Part shown: positions 8,064 to 17,633 of the stretch, piece by piece | How positions within the stretch are numbered: position 1 is the stretch's first letter | How the letters are laid out: every line of letters starts with the position of its first letter | Assembly (NCBI GenBank): GCA_039797505.1 | Contig: JBDKHS010000215.1 | Location: forward strand, 1 to 28,785 | Reading direction: 5' to 3' | Length of the DNA stretch: 28,785 nucleotides | Source: Pseudomonadota bacterium | Lineage (GTDB): Bacteria; Pseudomonadota; Gammaproteobacteria; Beggiatoales; Beggiatoaceae | The notes under the pieces: generated by a model | Database searches by the model: none | The model's input: only the letters and a program-made list of their open reading frames with translations | Told to the model about the DNA's origin: nothing | Position numbers and translations under genes: made by a program

Positions 8064-10484
8064 TCAAACCCTCACCTCATGCTGCCAAACCCGCAACACC
8101 GAATACTCCTGCAACAAACGACTAAACACCGCCCCCTGCAATTCATAAACCGTGACCGCCGTCACCGCCCGATAACTCACAGGACACACGCAAGGCTGCA
8201 ATAATGCCTCCTCACCAAAATAATCCCCCGCCATCAAAGTTCCATAATCCAATTGGGCGCGTGAAATCCGAATCACCCCACGCGTGACCAAATATAAACT
8301 GTGGGTTAAATCGCCCTGTGCACATAGATATTGACCGCTGCGCAATTCTCGGCAGCATAATTGCTGGGTGATTTGTGCACAAACTTCCCGCGAGAGCTGT
8401 TTAAATCCCTGTAAACTTTGCAATAAATCCAACACGCTTAAATGCGGTGGAACAATACTTTGTTGCGTGGTTTGTAATTGTTGCTGCAAAGCTTTTAACA
8501 GCGGGTGCGCCAAGCTGGGCGACAAAATTCCGCGTTGCACTTGCGCGGTAATCGCTTCATATTCCGCATGTAGCACCAAACGCGCCGCAACTTGTTCCTG
8601 CATTGCACTGACAAATTCCGCAAATTGTTCGGTGGTGCTATCGAGCCGCGCCCGTGCCGAATCTTGCCAACGCCGATAATTCGAGCGCACTTTTTCCACC
8701 ACTTCAGGACGCGCCATATTCACCGCCGCAATTTCTTCTAAACGCGCCATCACCCGTAAATTGCCTTGATGTCGCCCCCAAGCTTCTTCATATTCACGCG
8801 CAGTTTCCCGCGCCCGCCATGCGATAACGCCTTGCTTTATCAGTGGAATCAGCTGCAATAAATTCAAGCAACGTTGTTGAAAACGTTCATATTCAGGCGA
8901 GTGTAAAGTGACACGCGGCAATTTGCCCTCGTGCTGCAAACCATCAATTTGCAAGGCGACGGAATAGCTCAAATTACGATACGCCGCCTCCGACAATTGC
9001 CCATACAAAAACATGTCGTGATAAAAGGCTTTTTCCGTGGCAAAGGTTTGAATAAACAGCAAACATTGTGCGGCTTCCGAGCTGGGAACGCTTTGCCACA
9101 ATTCCGCTAATTCCATTTGTTGAATGCGGAGCGCGTTTTCACAGCGTTGGCGTTGACGTTCTGCAATCCTGGTGGAAAATAAGCCGCCTTGTTGCAGTTG
9201 TGGAATCGCTTGTAAAACTTGTTGTTTTGCAGTGAGTTGGCTTTCCAAAATTGCCATTTTATCAATCAAACTGGGCTGGTTGAATTTTTGCCACGCAAGC
9301 AACGCGGGCAAACTCACGCCCTGAATTAATAAGCTTAAATAACAGACGCTTAAGCTAATCGCTAATAATTGGGGAAAATAACTGAGTTCTGCAAAACTGC
9401 TGACAATGACAAGCGGCATCACTCCATGAATGCCTGACCAAATCAACACGGGGCGATATTGTGGCGCGTAACGGACATAAGGCGGTAAGCCTTGCAACAA
9501 GGGTAACAGCAGTGATAATAGCAAGCCGCGCATCACCCAACCTGCGACAAGAATCGCGACACTCAGGGGTAATAAATCAATGACTAATAAAATATCCACT
9601 TGCAAGCCCGCCACCAAAAACAGTAAAGCACTCATCACTTGGCTGATGTAGCGCAGTTGCAGGCGAATATAGCGTTTAGTCGCGGGGTCGAGCCGATTAT
9701 GTTCCCAAGTGCTGAGATGCAAGCCGACACTGATCACCGCAAAACTGCTGCTGAGTTGAATCGCTTCGGCAAACCACGCGCTGCCATACAGCAATAATAA
9801 AATCAGGCTGATGCTGAAAAAAGGATGTTGCGGCAATTGTTTAGAAAAAATCGCGGCAAGACTGGCTAAACCCCAACCGCCAATCATGCTGCCTGCAATT
9901 TGCCAGGCTAATTCACTGGGTAATTCGGGCGCGTGAATGCCGTATTGAAATAGCGTATGAATTGTCACGATGGCAAACGCGCTGTGTAATAAACTTTCGC
10001 CTGCTAATAAATGCTGGAAACGCGGGCTGAAACTGACTTGGCGTAAATTTTTTAAGGCAATCGCACTGTCACTGATACTTAACACCAGCGCGAGCATAAC
10101 AATTGCCATCGGGTTTAAGCTGTGCCAAAGCTCAGATAAACCATACTGCAAAACTCCCATGCCCAGCCCCATGCCGCCTAAGCCAATGCACAGAATTGGC
10201 ACTAAATAACGCCGCAAATGTTGAGTTTCTAAACCAAAAGCAGCGGTGAAAAGTAGTGTCGGTAAAAATAATTTATTAACAACAAATCCCGTAATAAATT
10301 CATTGTCTTGAACTAATTTAATCACCACAGGAAAAATATTCCAGGTCGCCAAACTTAGCCCAATCAGCGGTAATAACAAATAAAAATACAGCCAGTTGCC
10401 GCGACTGAGCAACCAGCTCAACATAATGATGAGTAAAGAGGTGAGCAGTAAATTTTCACTGAAGAACAGATTTAAAATCGTCAT
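8064..10484 (-). CDS. CPA1-type cation/proton antiporter-like protein with C-terminal cyclic-nucleotide-binding domain
   Basis: Multi-TM N-terminal half with FLPTLLF, GESLL and WSGIHG, a helical linker, and CNBD motifs QGD...LYLVTRG and GDYFGEEALL. ATG 10484 is preferred over the track start 10562. Confidence 0.85.
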   Translation of the reverse strand: MTILNLFFSENLLLTSLLIIMLSWLLSRGNWLYFYLLLPLIGLSLATWNIFPVVIKLVQDNEFITGFVVNKLFLPTLLFTAAFGLETQHLRRYLVPILCIGLGGMGLGMGVLQYGLSELWHSLNPMAIVMLALVLSISDSAIALKNLRQVSFSPRFQHLLAGESLLHSAFAIVTIHTLFQYGIHAPELPSELAWQIAGSMIGGWGLASLAAIFSKQLPQHPFFSISLILLLLYGSAWFAEAIQLSSSFAVISVGLHLSTWEHNRLDPATKRYIRLQLRYISQVMSALLFLVAGLQVDILLVIDLLPLSVAILVAGWVMRGLLLSLLLPLLQGLPPYVRYAPQYRPVLIWSGIHGVMPLVIVSSFAELSYFPQLLAISLSVCYLSLLIQGVSLPALLAWQKFNQPSLIDKMAILESQLTAKQQVLQAIPQLQQGGLFSTRIAERQRQRCENALRIQQMELAELWQSVPSSEAAQCLLFIQTFATEKAFYHDMFLYGQLSEAAYRNLSYSVALQIDGLQHEGKLPRVTLHSPEYERFQQRCLNLLQLIPLIKQGVIAWRARETAREYEEAWGRHQGNLRVMARLEEIAAVNMARPEVVEKVRSNYRRWQDSARARLDSTTEQFAEFVSAMQEQVAARLVLHAEYEAITAQVQRGILSPSLAHPLLKALQQQLQTTQQSIVPPHLSVLDLLQSLQGFKQLSREVCAQITQQLCCRELRSGQYLCAQGDLTHSLYLVTRGVIRISRAQLDYGTLMAGDYFGEEALLQPCVCPVSYRAVTAVTVYELQGAVFSRLLQEYSVLRVWQHEVRV

Positions 10485-10571
10485 GATAAGTACACAAGTG
10501 GCAGGCGTATCCTGCGCCCCATTTGAGAATGAGAGGGTTCTCGCTATAGTTATGAAACCCAAATAAAAGAA

Positions 10572-10913
10572 TCAATTAGAAACCGTGACTGACATAAATT
10601 TACAGCCGTCAGGTACAGCGCGGTCTAATATAAGTTTAACCTTGCCAATTTTTTCCAGTCGAATGGAATTAGAATTTAGGGTAAACTTTTGATTTGGCAA
10701 ACGATAACTCTGCCGTGAATCACGATTTTTAAACGAAGGTCGCCCTAACTTTTTCTTGCGCGTTTTAGAAAAATAGTTTTTCTTAAACGCTTTAAAGTCT
10801 ATTTCCTTTTGTTGCAACGCTGCTGCACTGGCTTCACTCATCCATTCAAACTTTTGCGTAAGTTGCGTACTGCTCAGTGATTGTGTTTGTTCAAGTTTAT
10901 TTTTATCATATTT
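10572..10913 (-). pseudogene. tnpB: Internal fragment of an IS200/IS605-family TnpB
   Basis: ...FEWMSEASAAALQQKEIDF...KKKLGRPSFK...SYRLPNQKF...IRLEKIGKVK...FMSVTVS. No N-terminal HTH and no RuvC/zinc-finger C-terminus. The 5' side abuts a family C repeat. Confidence 0.8.
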
Positions 10914-10950
10914 AGGAGTTACGCAGTTAAATCGCTAACTATTTAATTTT
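10913..10950 (+). repeat. Truncated family C element (left end only)
   Basis: taggagttacgcagttaaatcgctaactatttaatttt, closely similar to 7831-7868. Confidence 0.75.
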
Positions 10951-10970
10951 GTTGTGCAGCTCGTAGGGTG

Positions 10971-11172
10971 TATAGAACCGATTTGAAATCACCCTTATTC
11001 TGAAGTTAAGCTTCAAACTGAATAGTTGATGTTGTCAAAAAAGTTAGGTGTAGGTACAAATTTATTCGCATGCGTTTTTAATTCGAGAGCGTTGTGCGAA
11101 TAAATTTGCACCTACAACCAGCTCAACCTCGTAAACTTAGCTTAAAATGTAAAATTCCAAATCGGTTCTATA
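10971..11172. mobile_element. 202-bp MITE with TATAGAACCGATTTG ends and a nested GTAG hairpin
   Basis: tatagaaccgatttgaaat (10971-10989) / attccaaatcggttctata (11154-11172), 18/19 match. Nested inverted repeat gtaggtacaaatttattcgca...tgcgaataaatttgcacctac at 11050-11115. Confidence 0.8.
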
Positions 11173-12069
11173 ACCCTATCTATATCAAAATTTCAGAGGG
11201 ATATAAAGATGGTTTTTATAGACATGATGATAAAGACGGTAGGGGGTTGTATCAATTAGCAGATATGGCTAGCCCCAATCCTCGTCCTAATATGATGTAT
11301 AACTGGATTGGTTTTTCTTATCCAGTTAAAGGTTGGCGTTATGAAATGAATACTATGCAAAAACTGCACGATGAAGGTAGAATTCACTATCCAAAACAAA
11401 AAGATGGTTCTTTTGATTTAACAAAGAGACCGCGTCTTAAACGATATTTAAATGAGCAAAAAGGGAAATTATTGGGCGATGTTTGGACAGATGTTCAAAA
11501 CGTACAAGCCCATGCTAAAGAACGCATAGGTTATCCCACCCAAAAGCCAGAATTGTTGTTTGAACGCATTATCAACATGGCCAGCAATGAAGGCGACATA
11601 ATCCTAGACCCGTTTGTAGGCGGGGGAACAACTGTGGCAGTTGCAGAGAAACTTAAACGTCAAGGGATAGGGATAGACCAATCTGTACAAGCGGTAAAAG
11701 TTTCACAGTTTCGACCCGATAAACAACGTGATTTATTTTCACAACCCTTTGTTGTGCAACTGCATAAATATGATTATGACACGCTGAGATATTCGGACGC
11801 TTTCGAGTTTGAATCTTTCATTGTCACGCAATACGGCGGCACGCCAAACACAAAACAGCGTGGTGATTTTGGAATTGTTGGAATTTTGCCTATGAAGAAG
11901 AAGCGGGCTTCAAAGCGGACGTGATGATCGATAAGGAAGGCAAGCAAGCCCACAAGTTTAGAGCAGGCAATCACTCGATAGCGGTGAAAGTCGTTGATAA
12001 TGACGGTTTAGAAAGTTTGGAAGTGGTTAAACTAAAAGTGAATGGGGTGTGAAAGTTACTGAGAGCTAA
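11173..12069 (+). pseudogene. Truncated beta-class N6/N4 DNA methyltransferase with internal deletion and frameshifted C-terminus
   Basis: GDVWTD, YPTQKP and ILDPFVGGGTT (motif I) are present but the N-terminal DPPY is missing. The reading switches frame at about 11875 to WNFAYEEEAGFKADV...IAVKVVDNDGLESLEVVKLKVNG. Confidence 0.8.
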
Positions 12070-12154
12070 ACTGCGCCCCTAAATCCCCTAAAGCGGACTT
12101 TTAAAGACAAAATATTTTATGTTTAGCCCCCTTTAGTGGGTTGGGGGCGCAGTT
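12069..12154 (-). repeat. Family A REP-like element
   Basis: The reverse complement matches the 903-975 core with about 5 differences. Perfect 11-bp ends aactgcgcccc / ggggcgcagtt. Confidence 0.85.
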
Positions 12155-12412
12155 AAAGGGCTTAAAAATACTTTACTCCCGCGATGGAACGAAATAAGGT
12201 TATAGAGATTTCTATCGCCGCAAATCAGCACATTGTACATCAAAACAATGTTATGTTATATTATAACTATATAGTGCTTAGCAAAAATACGGGGTATTAA
12301 AATTATCTGCTTGATGAATAAACCCCCATCCAAGGCTGCTGATTATTAACGAGTCAGGCTATAATAAGCAACTTCACGAAATTGCCGTTATTATTGAGGT
12401 CGCAAGCCAGTC

Positions 12413-13852
12413 ATGCTAATTTTTGAACACCGTCACCGCACCACCCCCACCCATTACAACGCGCAAATTGCCCCAATTAGCGATTTACCCGCCAATTTGT
12501 TACGCAAACAACGCGCCGCCTTGCCCGAAGCCTCAGAATTACAAGTGGTGCGTCATTACACCCGATTATCACAAAAGAATTTTTCCATCGACACCCATTT
12601 TTATCCGTTGGGGTCGTGCACCATGAAATACAATCCACGGGTTTGTAATACGCTGGCGATGTTGCCCCAACTTTTAGCGCGGCATCCGCTCACGCCCGAT
12701 TCTCACAATCAAGGCATTTTAAGCTGTTTATACGATTTACAAGAAATGCTCAAAGAAGTCACAGGAATGCGCGGGGTTTCGCTGGCATCTGCCGCAGGCG
12801 CACAAGGTGAATTCGCAGGCGTTGCCATGATTCGCGCCTATCACCAAGCACGCGGCGACGTTGATCGTGTCGAAATGCTCGTACCTGATGCCGCCCACGG
12901 CACCAATCCCGCCTCTGCGGTAATGTGTGGTTTTAAAGTGCGTGAAATCCCCACCAATGCGGAAGGCGATGTGGATTTAGTCGCCTTACGCGCCGCTGTG
13001 GGCAAACAAACTGCGGGGATTATGTTGACCAATCCTTCAACCTTGGGCGTGTTTGAACGCAATATTCAAGAAATTGCTGCTTGTGTACACGAAGCAGGCG
13101 GCTTGTTGTATTACGACGGCGCGAATTTAAACGCAATTCTCGGCAGAGTGCGCCCCGGCGACATGGGTTTTGACGTGATTCACATGAATTTGCACAAAAC
13201 TTTTTCCACGCCCCACGGCGGCGGTGGACCGGGTGCAGGCCCTGTGGGCGTGAGTGAACGTTTATTGCCCTATATGCCCGTGCCCGTGGTTGCCTACGAT
13301 GGTGCAACTTATCGCTGGTTGACCGAGCAAGATTGTCCCAATACGATTGGGCGTTTGCTCACTTTTGCGGGCAATGTCGGCGTATTGTTACGGGCGTTTG
13401 TGTATGCGCGTTTATTGGGGCGCGACGGAATGCACCGCGTGGCAGAATTTTCGACCTTGAACGCCAATTATTTAATGGCAAAACTCAGCGCGGCAGGTTT
13501 TGAAATAGCGTTTCCCAATCGACGCGCCAGCCACGAATTTATCGTGACTTTGAAAAACCATGCAAAACAATATCATGTGAGTGCCATGGATGTAGCGAAA
13601 CGCTTGTTAGACAAAGGCTTTCACGCGCCGACGACATATTTCCCCTTATTAGTGCCTGAATGCTTGTTGATTGAACCCAGCGAAACTGAAGATAAAGATA
13701 CTTTAGACAGTTTCGTCAGCGCATTGCAGGAAATTTTTGTAGAAATGCAAACCGACCCTGAAATGTTGAAAAAAGCTCCCTACACTTTACCCGTGCGGCG
13801 TTTGGATGATGTGAAAGCCGCTAAGGATTTGGACATTGTCTGGAACGGCTAA
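12413..13852 (+). CDS. gcvPB: Glycine dehydrogenase (decarboxylating) subunit 2
   Basis: 479 aa with [30 protein letters not shown] and the PLP-lysine motif [18 protein letters not shown]. Confidence 0.96.
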   Translation: MLIFEHRHRTTPTHYNAQIAPISDLPANLLRKQRAALPEASELQVVRHYTRLSQKNFSIDTHFYPLGSCTMKYNPRVCNTLAMLPQLLARHPLTPDSHNQGILSCLYDLQEMLKEVTGMRGVSLASAAGAQGEFAGVAMIRAYHQARGDVDRVEMLVPDAAHGTNPASAVMCGFKVREIPTNAEGDVDLVALRAAVGKQTAGIMLTNPSTLGVFERNIQEIAACVHEAGGLLYYDGANLNAILGRVRPGDMGFDVIHMNLHKTFSTPHGGGGPGAGPVGVSERLLPYMPVPVVAYDGATYRWLTEQDCPNTIGRLLTFAGNVGVLLRAFVYARLLGRDGMHRVAEFSTLNANYLMAKLSAAGFEIAFPNRRASHEFIVTLKNHAKQYHVSAMDVAKRLLDKGFHAPTTYFPLLVPECLLIEPSETEDKDTLDSFVSALQEIFVEMQTDPEMLKKAPYTLPVRRLDDVKAAKDLDIVWNG

Positions 13853-14192
13853 CAGCTGGAAACGGCTTTGGAAGGCTTGCGGGTATTCGCTCGCAGGTCT
13901 TCATTCCGCATGGCAGCAGGAAGCGGCGTTTCGCTTGGAAATTTATTTGTTAATTCCGCTGTTGCCTGCGGCATTATTTCTCGGAAAAACGCGTGTCGAA
14001 AAAGCGATATTAATCGCAAGTTTGCTGCTGGTTTTGATAATGGAATTGTTGAATTCTGCAATTGAAGCTTTGGCGGATCGTTTTGGCGCGGAATGGAATG
14101 AACTCATCAAACGTGCTAAAGATTGTGGCTCGGCTGCGGTGCTGATTGCGGTGGTGCAAGTGGTCATGGTTTGGGGATTGGTATTATTTTGA
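13836..14192 (+). CDS. dgkA: Diacylglycerol kinase (DAGK_prokar)
   Basis: [26 protein letters not shown] and [12 protein letters not shown], with three hydrophobic helices. Overlaps the gcvPB end by 17 bp. Confidence 0.93.
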   Translation: MSGTANSWKRLWKACGYSLAGLHSAWQQEAAFRLEIYLLIPLLPAALFLGKTRVEKAILIASLLLVLIMELLNSAIEALADRFGAEWNELIKRAKDCGSAAVLIAVVQVVMVWGLVLF

Positions 14193-14268
14193 TATGCAAC
14201 CCAACGCCGTTATAACTAATCAGCCTACTGATTTAGCACTACCATTCTGTGAATCCTGATTCAGACAA

Positions 14269-14509
14269 TAATTAACCTGAGTTCGGGATAAGAGAAGTTG
14301 TTAAGCAGTCATAACTCAATGATGAGGTTAGCCTTTTGTATTGTGCTAACGCTCCAGCGGCGAGGATTTTACAAGCTTATGCCGTACAAGGAGAGCCTTA
14401 TCGATTGCATCATGTCTAGCGTTATCACGTTTCTTGGTGGAATACGCTACGCTATTCCACCCTACGACTAAATTATCTACTCTTTCTTATCCCGAACTCA
14501 GGTTAATTA
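14269..14509. mobile_element. MITE or deleted IS with 25-bp perfect inverted ends, carrying a nested family D repeat
   Basis: taattaacctgagttcgggataaga (14269-14293) / tcttatcccgaactcaggttaatta (14485-14509). Family D copy at 14421-14469. Confidence 0.85.
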
Positions 14510-14675
14510 GGCTAATTCCTGACTTAATTGATAATTCCTTTATGGACAGCACGTTAAAATATTCCCAATTTTGGGACTTTCCTCTTGCCCTCATTTCAAC
14601 GGGGCGCACCTCTCATAATCCAAATTGAACTCACTTTATAAATTACGCTTCAGACATCATCAGGAGTTTTCAAGC

Positions 14676-15710
14676 ATGAAGTTAAAAAGTTTGTTATGGC
14701 TCAGCTTATTAATCAGCAGTTTACTGAATTTAGCACAAGCCGCCCCGCTGCAAGTGGTTGCCAGCAATCCCGATTTAGGCAGTTTGGTGCAAGCGGTGGG
14801 CGGTGACAAAATCAGCCTCACGGTGTTGGCAAAAGGCACAGAGGACTCGCATTATATCGAAGCAAAACCCAGCTTTATCAAAGCTTTAAATCAAGCTGAT
14901 TTATATGTGCAAATCGGTTTAGAAATGGAAGTCGGTTACGCACCTTTATTACTGAACAACGCGCAAAATCCCAAAATTTTGCCCAATGAAGCTGGGCATT
15001 TGGATATTTCAGGCTACATTAAACCGCGTGCAGTGCCGACTGAAGTCATCGATCGCTCGATGGGCGACGTGCATCCCTTTGGAAATCCACATTATTTACT
15101 CGACCCCTTGAATGGTTTGAGTGCGGCGGCGGCAATTCGGGATCGCTTAAGCAGTTTGCGCCCCAGTGAAGCAGAATATTTTAATCAGCATTATCAGCAA
15201 TTTGCCAAGAAAATGGCGACGGGCTTACTGGGCGAAAAATTAGCCGCGATCTATCAGCCTGAAGATTTACCGAAATTAGCTTTATTATTTGAACGCGGCA
15301 CTTTGGCAGAATTTCTCAAAAACCAAGGACAAGAAAATTTATTAGCGGGCTGGTTTGGCATCATGCTGCCATTTTACGGCACGTTAGCAGTGGATGACCA
15401 TGATTTATGGATTTACTTTACTGCACGTTTTGGAATTAAAGTGATTGAGCATTTAGAACCCAAACCAGGCATTGCACCCACCACCAAACATCTGGGCGAA
15501 GTAGTAGAAAAAATGCGGGCAGAGAAAGTTAAGTTAATCTTAACCACGCCGTATTATGATCCCAGTCATGCGCGTTTTGTCGCCGAACAAACCGGGGCAA
15601 AAATTGCAAAAATGGCACATCAAGTTGAATCTTTATCCACGGTGACAGATTATTTTAAATTGGTTGATCACAATGTTCAAAAAGTGGTGGCGATTCTTAG
15701 CGTTCGCTAA
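14676..15710 (+). CDS. Metal (Zn/Mn-type) ABC transporter substrate-binding protein
   Basis: AGGAG RBS before ATG 14676 and a signal peptide. Motifs DSHYIEAKPS, GDVHPFGNPHYLLDP and LEPKPGIAPTTKH indicate the ZnuA/TroA-like family. Confidence 0.9.
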   Translation: MKLKSLLWLSLLISSLLNLAQAAPLQVVASNPDLGSLVQAVGGDKISLTVLAKGTEDSHYIEAKPSFIKALNQADLYVQIGLEMEVGYAPLLLNNAQNPKILPNEAGHLDISGYIKPRAVPTEVIDRSMGDVHPFGNPHYLLDPLNGLSAAAAIRDRLSSLRPSEAEYFNQHYQQFAKKMATGLLGEKLAAIYQPEDLPKLALLFERGTLAEFLKNQGQENLLAGWFGIMLPFYGTLAVDDHDLWIYFTARFGIKVIEHLEPKPGIAPTTKHLGEVVEKMRAEKVKLILTTPYYDPSHARFVAEQTGAKIAKMAHQVESLSTVTDYFKLVDHNVQKVVAILSVR

Positions 15711-15765
15711 AAGTATTTGCCCTGTAGAACAGGGTGTAAACTCCGAAATTTCTCAGACAAATCCA

Positions 15766-16494
15766 ATGCCGTTGTTACAGGTTGAAAATTTAAGTCTTGC
15801 GTATGGCAAGCGCGTGATTTTGGAAAATGTGAGTTTCGAAGTGCAGGCGGGCGAGTTTTGGTTTTTGCTGGGCGGCAACGGCATGGGAAAAACTAGCTTT
15901 TTGAATTGCCTGCTCGGTTTAATTCCTGCCCAACACGGCGCGTATCATTTACACCCCGTGCTACGTTCACGGGCGCGGATTGGGTTTGTGCCGCAACAAT
16001 GTAGTTTCAATCCGTCCTTGGCAACTTCGGTGCGCGAATTTGTGAGCCTTGGTTTGGTGGGCATTGAAACCCATAAAACGGAACGCGAAGCGGCGTTACA
16101 TTTTGCGCTGCAACAATTGAATTTAACCGCTTTTGCACAACGTAACTATTGGTCACTTTCGGGTGGACAGCAGCAACGGGTTCGGGTGGCGCGGGCTTTG
16201 GTACGTCGCCCGTATTTTTTGTTAATGGATGAGCCGACTAATGGTTTAGATTTGGCGGTACAATCTGCATTATTGGAAGATTTGGCGCGTTTACAGCAAG
16301 AGGGTTTAACGATTTTGTTGGTTTCACATGATTTACAACTGGCAACGCAATATGCCACCCATGTCGCGCTGTTCAATGCGGGCAAAGTTCAAGCGGGAAC
16401 AGCCGCCGATTTGCTCACCGCCCCGATTTTGAAACAGTTGTATGGCACGCAACAATTGCCACACTGCCTTCATTGTTTAACTGCCCATGTTTAA
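15766..16494 (+). CDS. Metal ABC transporter ATP-binding protein
   Basis: Walker A GGNGMGKTS, GFVPQ, signature LSGGQQQR, Walker B LLMDEP and VSHD. Start placed at MPLLQVENL. Confidence 0.92.
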   Translation: MPLLQVENLSLAYGKRVILENVSFEVQAGEFWFLLGGNGMGKTSFLNCLLGLIPAQHGAYHLHPVLRSRARIGFVPQQCSFNPSLATSVREFVSLGLVGIETHKTEREAALHFALQQLNLTAFAQRNYWSLSGGQQQRVRVARALVRRPYFLLMDEPTNGLDLAVQSALLEDLARLQQEGLTILLVSHDLQLATQYATHVALFNAGKVQAGTAADLLTAPILKQLYGTQQLPHCLHCLTAHV

Positions 16495-17323
16495 TGATTT
16501 TATCAGTTCTTGGGGCTTATTTTATCCAAGTTATATCACAGGCTGGCTGGTGGCATTTTCGCTGTCTTTGGTGGGCGTGTTTGTGGTGGCGCGGGATCAG
16601 ATTTTCATCAGTGCGGCAGTGGCACAGGCTTCAAGTTTTGGGGTGGCGTTGGGCTTGTGGCTGAGTTTAGCCACGGGAATCGCGTGGTTTGGCAGCGATG
16701 TCGCCTTGATGAATAGCGCAGTATTATTTGCAGTATTGGCGGCGTTATTTTCATCGCACAGCATTCGGCGTGACAGTGTCGAAGCAGTCACAGGCTGGAT
16801 TTTCCTCAGTGCCAGCAGCGGCGCAATGTTGCTCTTAACCCACAGCCCACACGGTACAGAAGAAGTGCATCGCCTGCTCGCCTCAAGCCTCATCGGCGCA
16901 ACACTGTTTGATATGTGGGTGTTTGTGGGTTTTGCCGTGTTCACAGTGGGAATGTTGCTGCGCTATTGGCAACCGCTATTATTATTCACACTTGACCCGC
17001 GCATGGCTGCGACCACAGGTTTATCGGTGTGGCGTTGGGGCGTGTTTAAAGCTTTGTGGCTGGGTTTGGCGGTAGGTTTGTCAATTCGGGTGTCAGGCAT
17101 GTTATACGTGTTCGCCTGTTTGGTCTTGCCTGCTTTAGTGGCGAAGCGGTTGTGTGGTGAAATTGCGCATTTACTTTGGGTCACGCCAATTATCGCGCTC
17201 TTTGCCAGTGGTTTTGGATTTGTGTTTGCCCATCATTACGATTTCCCGCCCGGACAAGTCACGGTTGCGGTCTTATGTAGTTTATTAGTCTTGGTGTGGT
17301 TATTGCCTATCAATAAAGATTAA
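16487..17323 (+). CDS. Metal ABC transporter permease (ZnuB/ABC-3 family)
   Basis: Multi-TM protein with SLVGVFVV, AVAQASSFGVALG and VFACLVLPALVA. Overlaps the ATPase stop. Confidence 0.9.
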   Translation: MFNDFISSWGLFYPSYITGWLVAFSLSLVGVFVVARDQIFISAAVAQASSFGVALGLWLSLATGIAWFGSDVALMNSAVLFAVLAALFSSHSIRRDSVEAVTGWIFLSASSGAMLLLTHSPHGTEEVHRLLASSLIGATLFDMWVFVGFAVFTVGMLLRYWQPLLLFTLDPRMAATTGLSVWRWGVFKALWLGLAVGLSIRVSGMLYVFACLVLPALVAKRLCGEIAHLLWVTPIIALFASGFGFVFAHHYDFPPGQVTVAVLCSLLVLVWLLPINKD

Positions 17324-17633
17324 AACTTTTTTATAAGCTTATACGGTTTTTTTCTATCCTAAAGTCACCATCTATTCATATTTCCCCCGTAAAATAATCA
17401 GCAGCTCGGTTTTTTAAGTAAAAGCTGCTGTTTATTTTTGAAGTATGAACATCTTATCTTGATTAAATACACCGCATTATAAAATTCAGTGTGTAAATTC
17501 TTGGGTATTTAGCTTTTTATCCAAAGATAGATATTATTAAAGTTTTTTGGATTTTTAAAAGTTTTCGATTTTAGAAAAATACGCTACAAAATTTAAATTT
17601 ATTGCGCTGCATCATCTGGCGTGACAGGAGTTT

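Noticed and set aside
11094-11172. Track N-terminus of the methyltransferase (MRINLHLQPAQ...)
   Set aside because: The GTG start and first 26 codons lie in the MITE/REP, not in methyltransferase sequence.
12170-12412. Glycine riboswitch upstream of gcvPB
   Set aside because: No GGAGA/CCGAAG aptamer motifs. The region is simply AT-rich.
14434-14628. 64-aa ORF upstream of the ABC operon
   Set aside because: Starts inside the family D repeat and reads through the MITE end.
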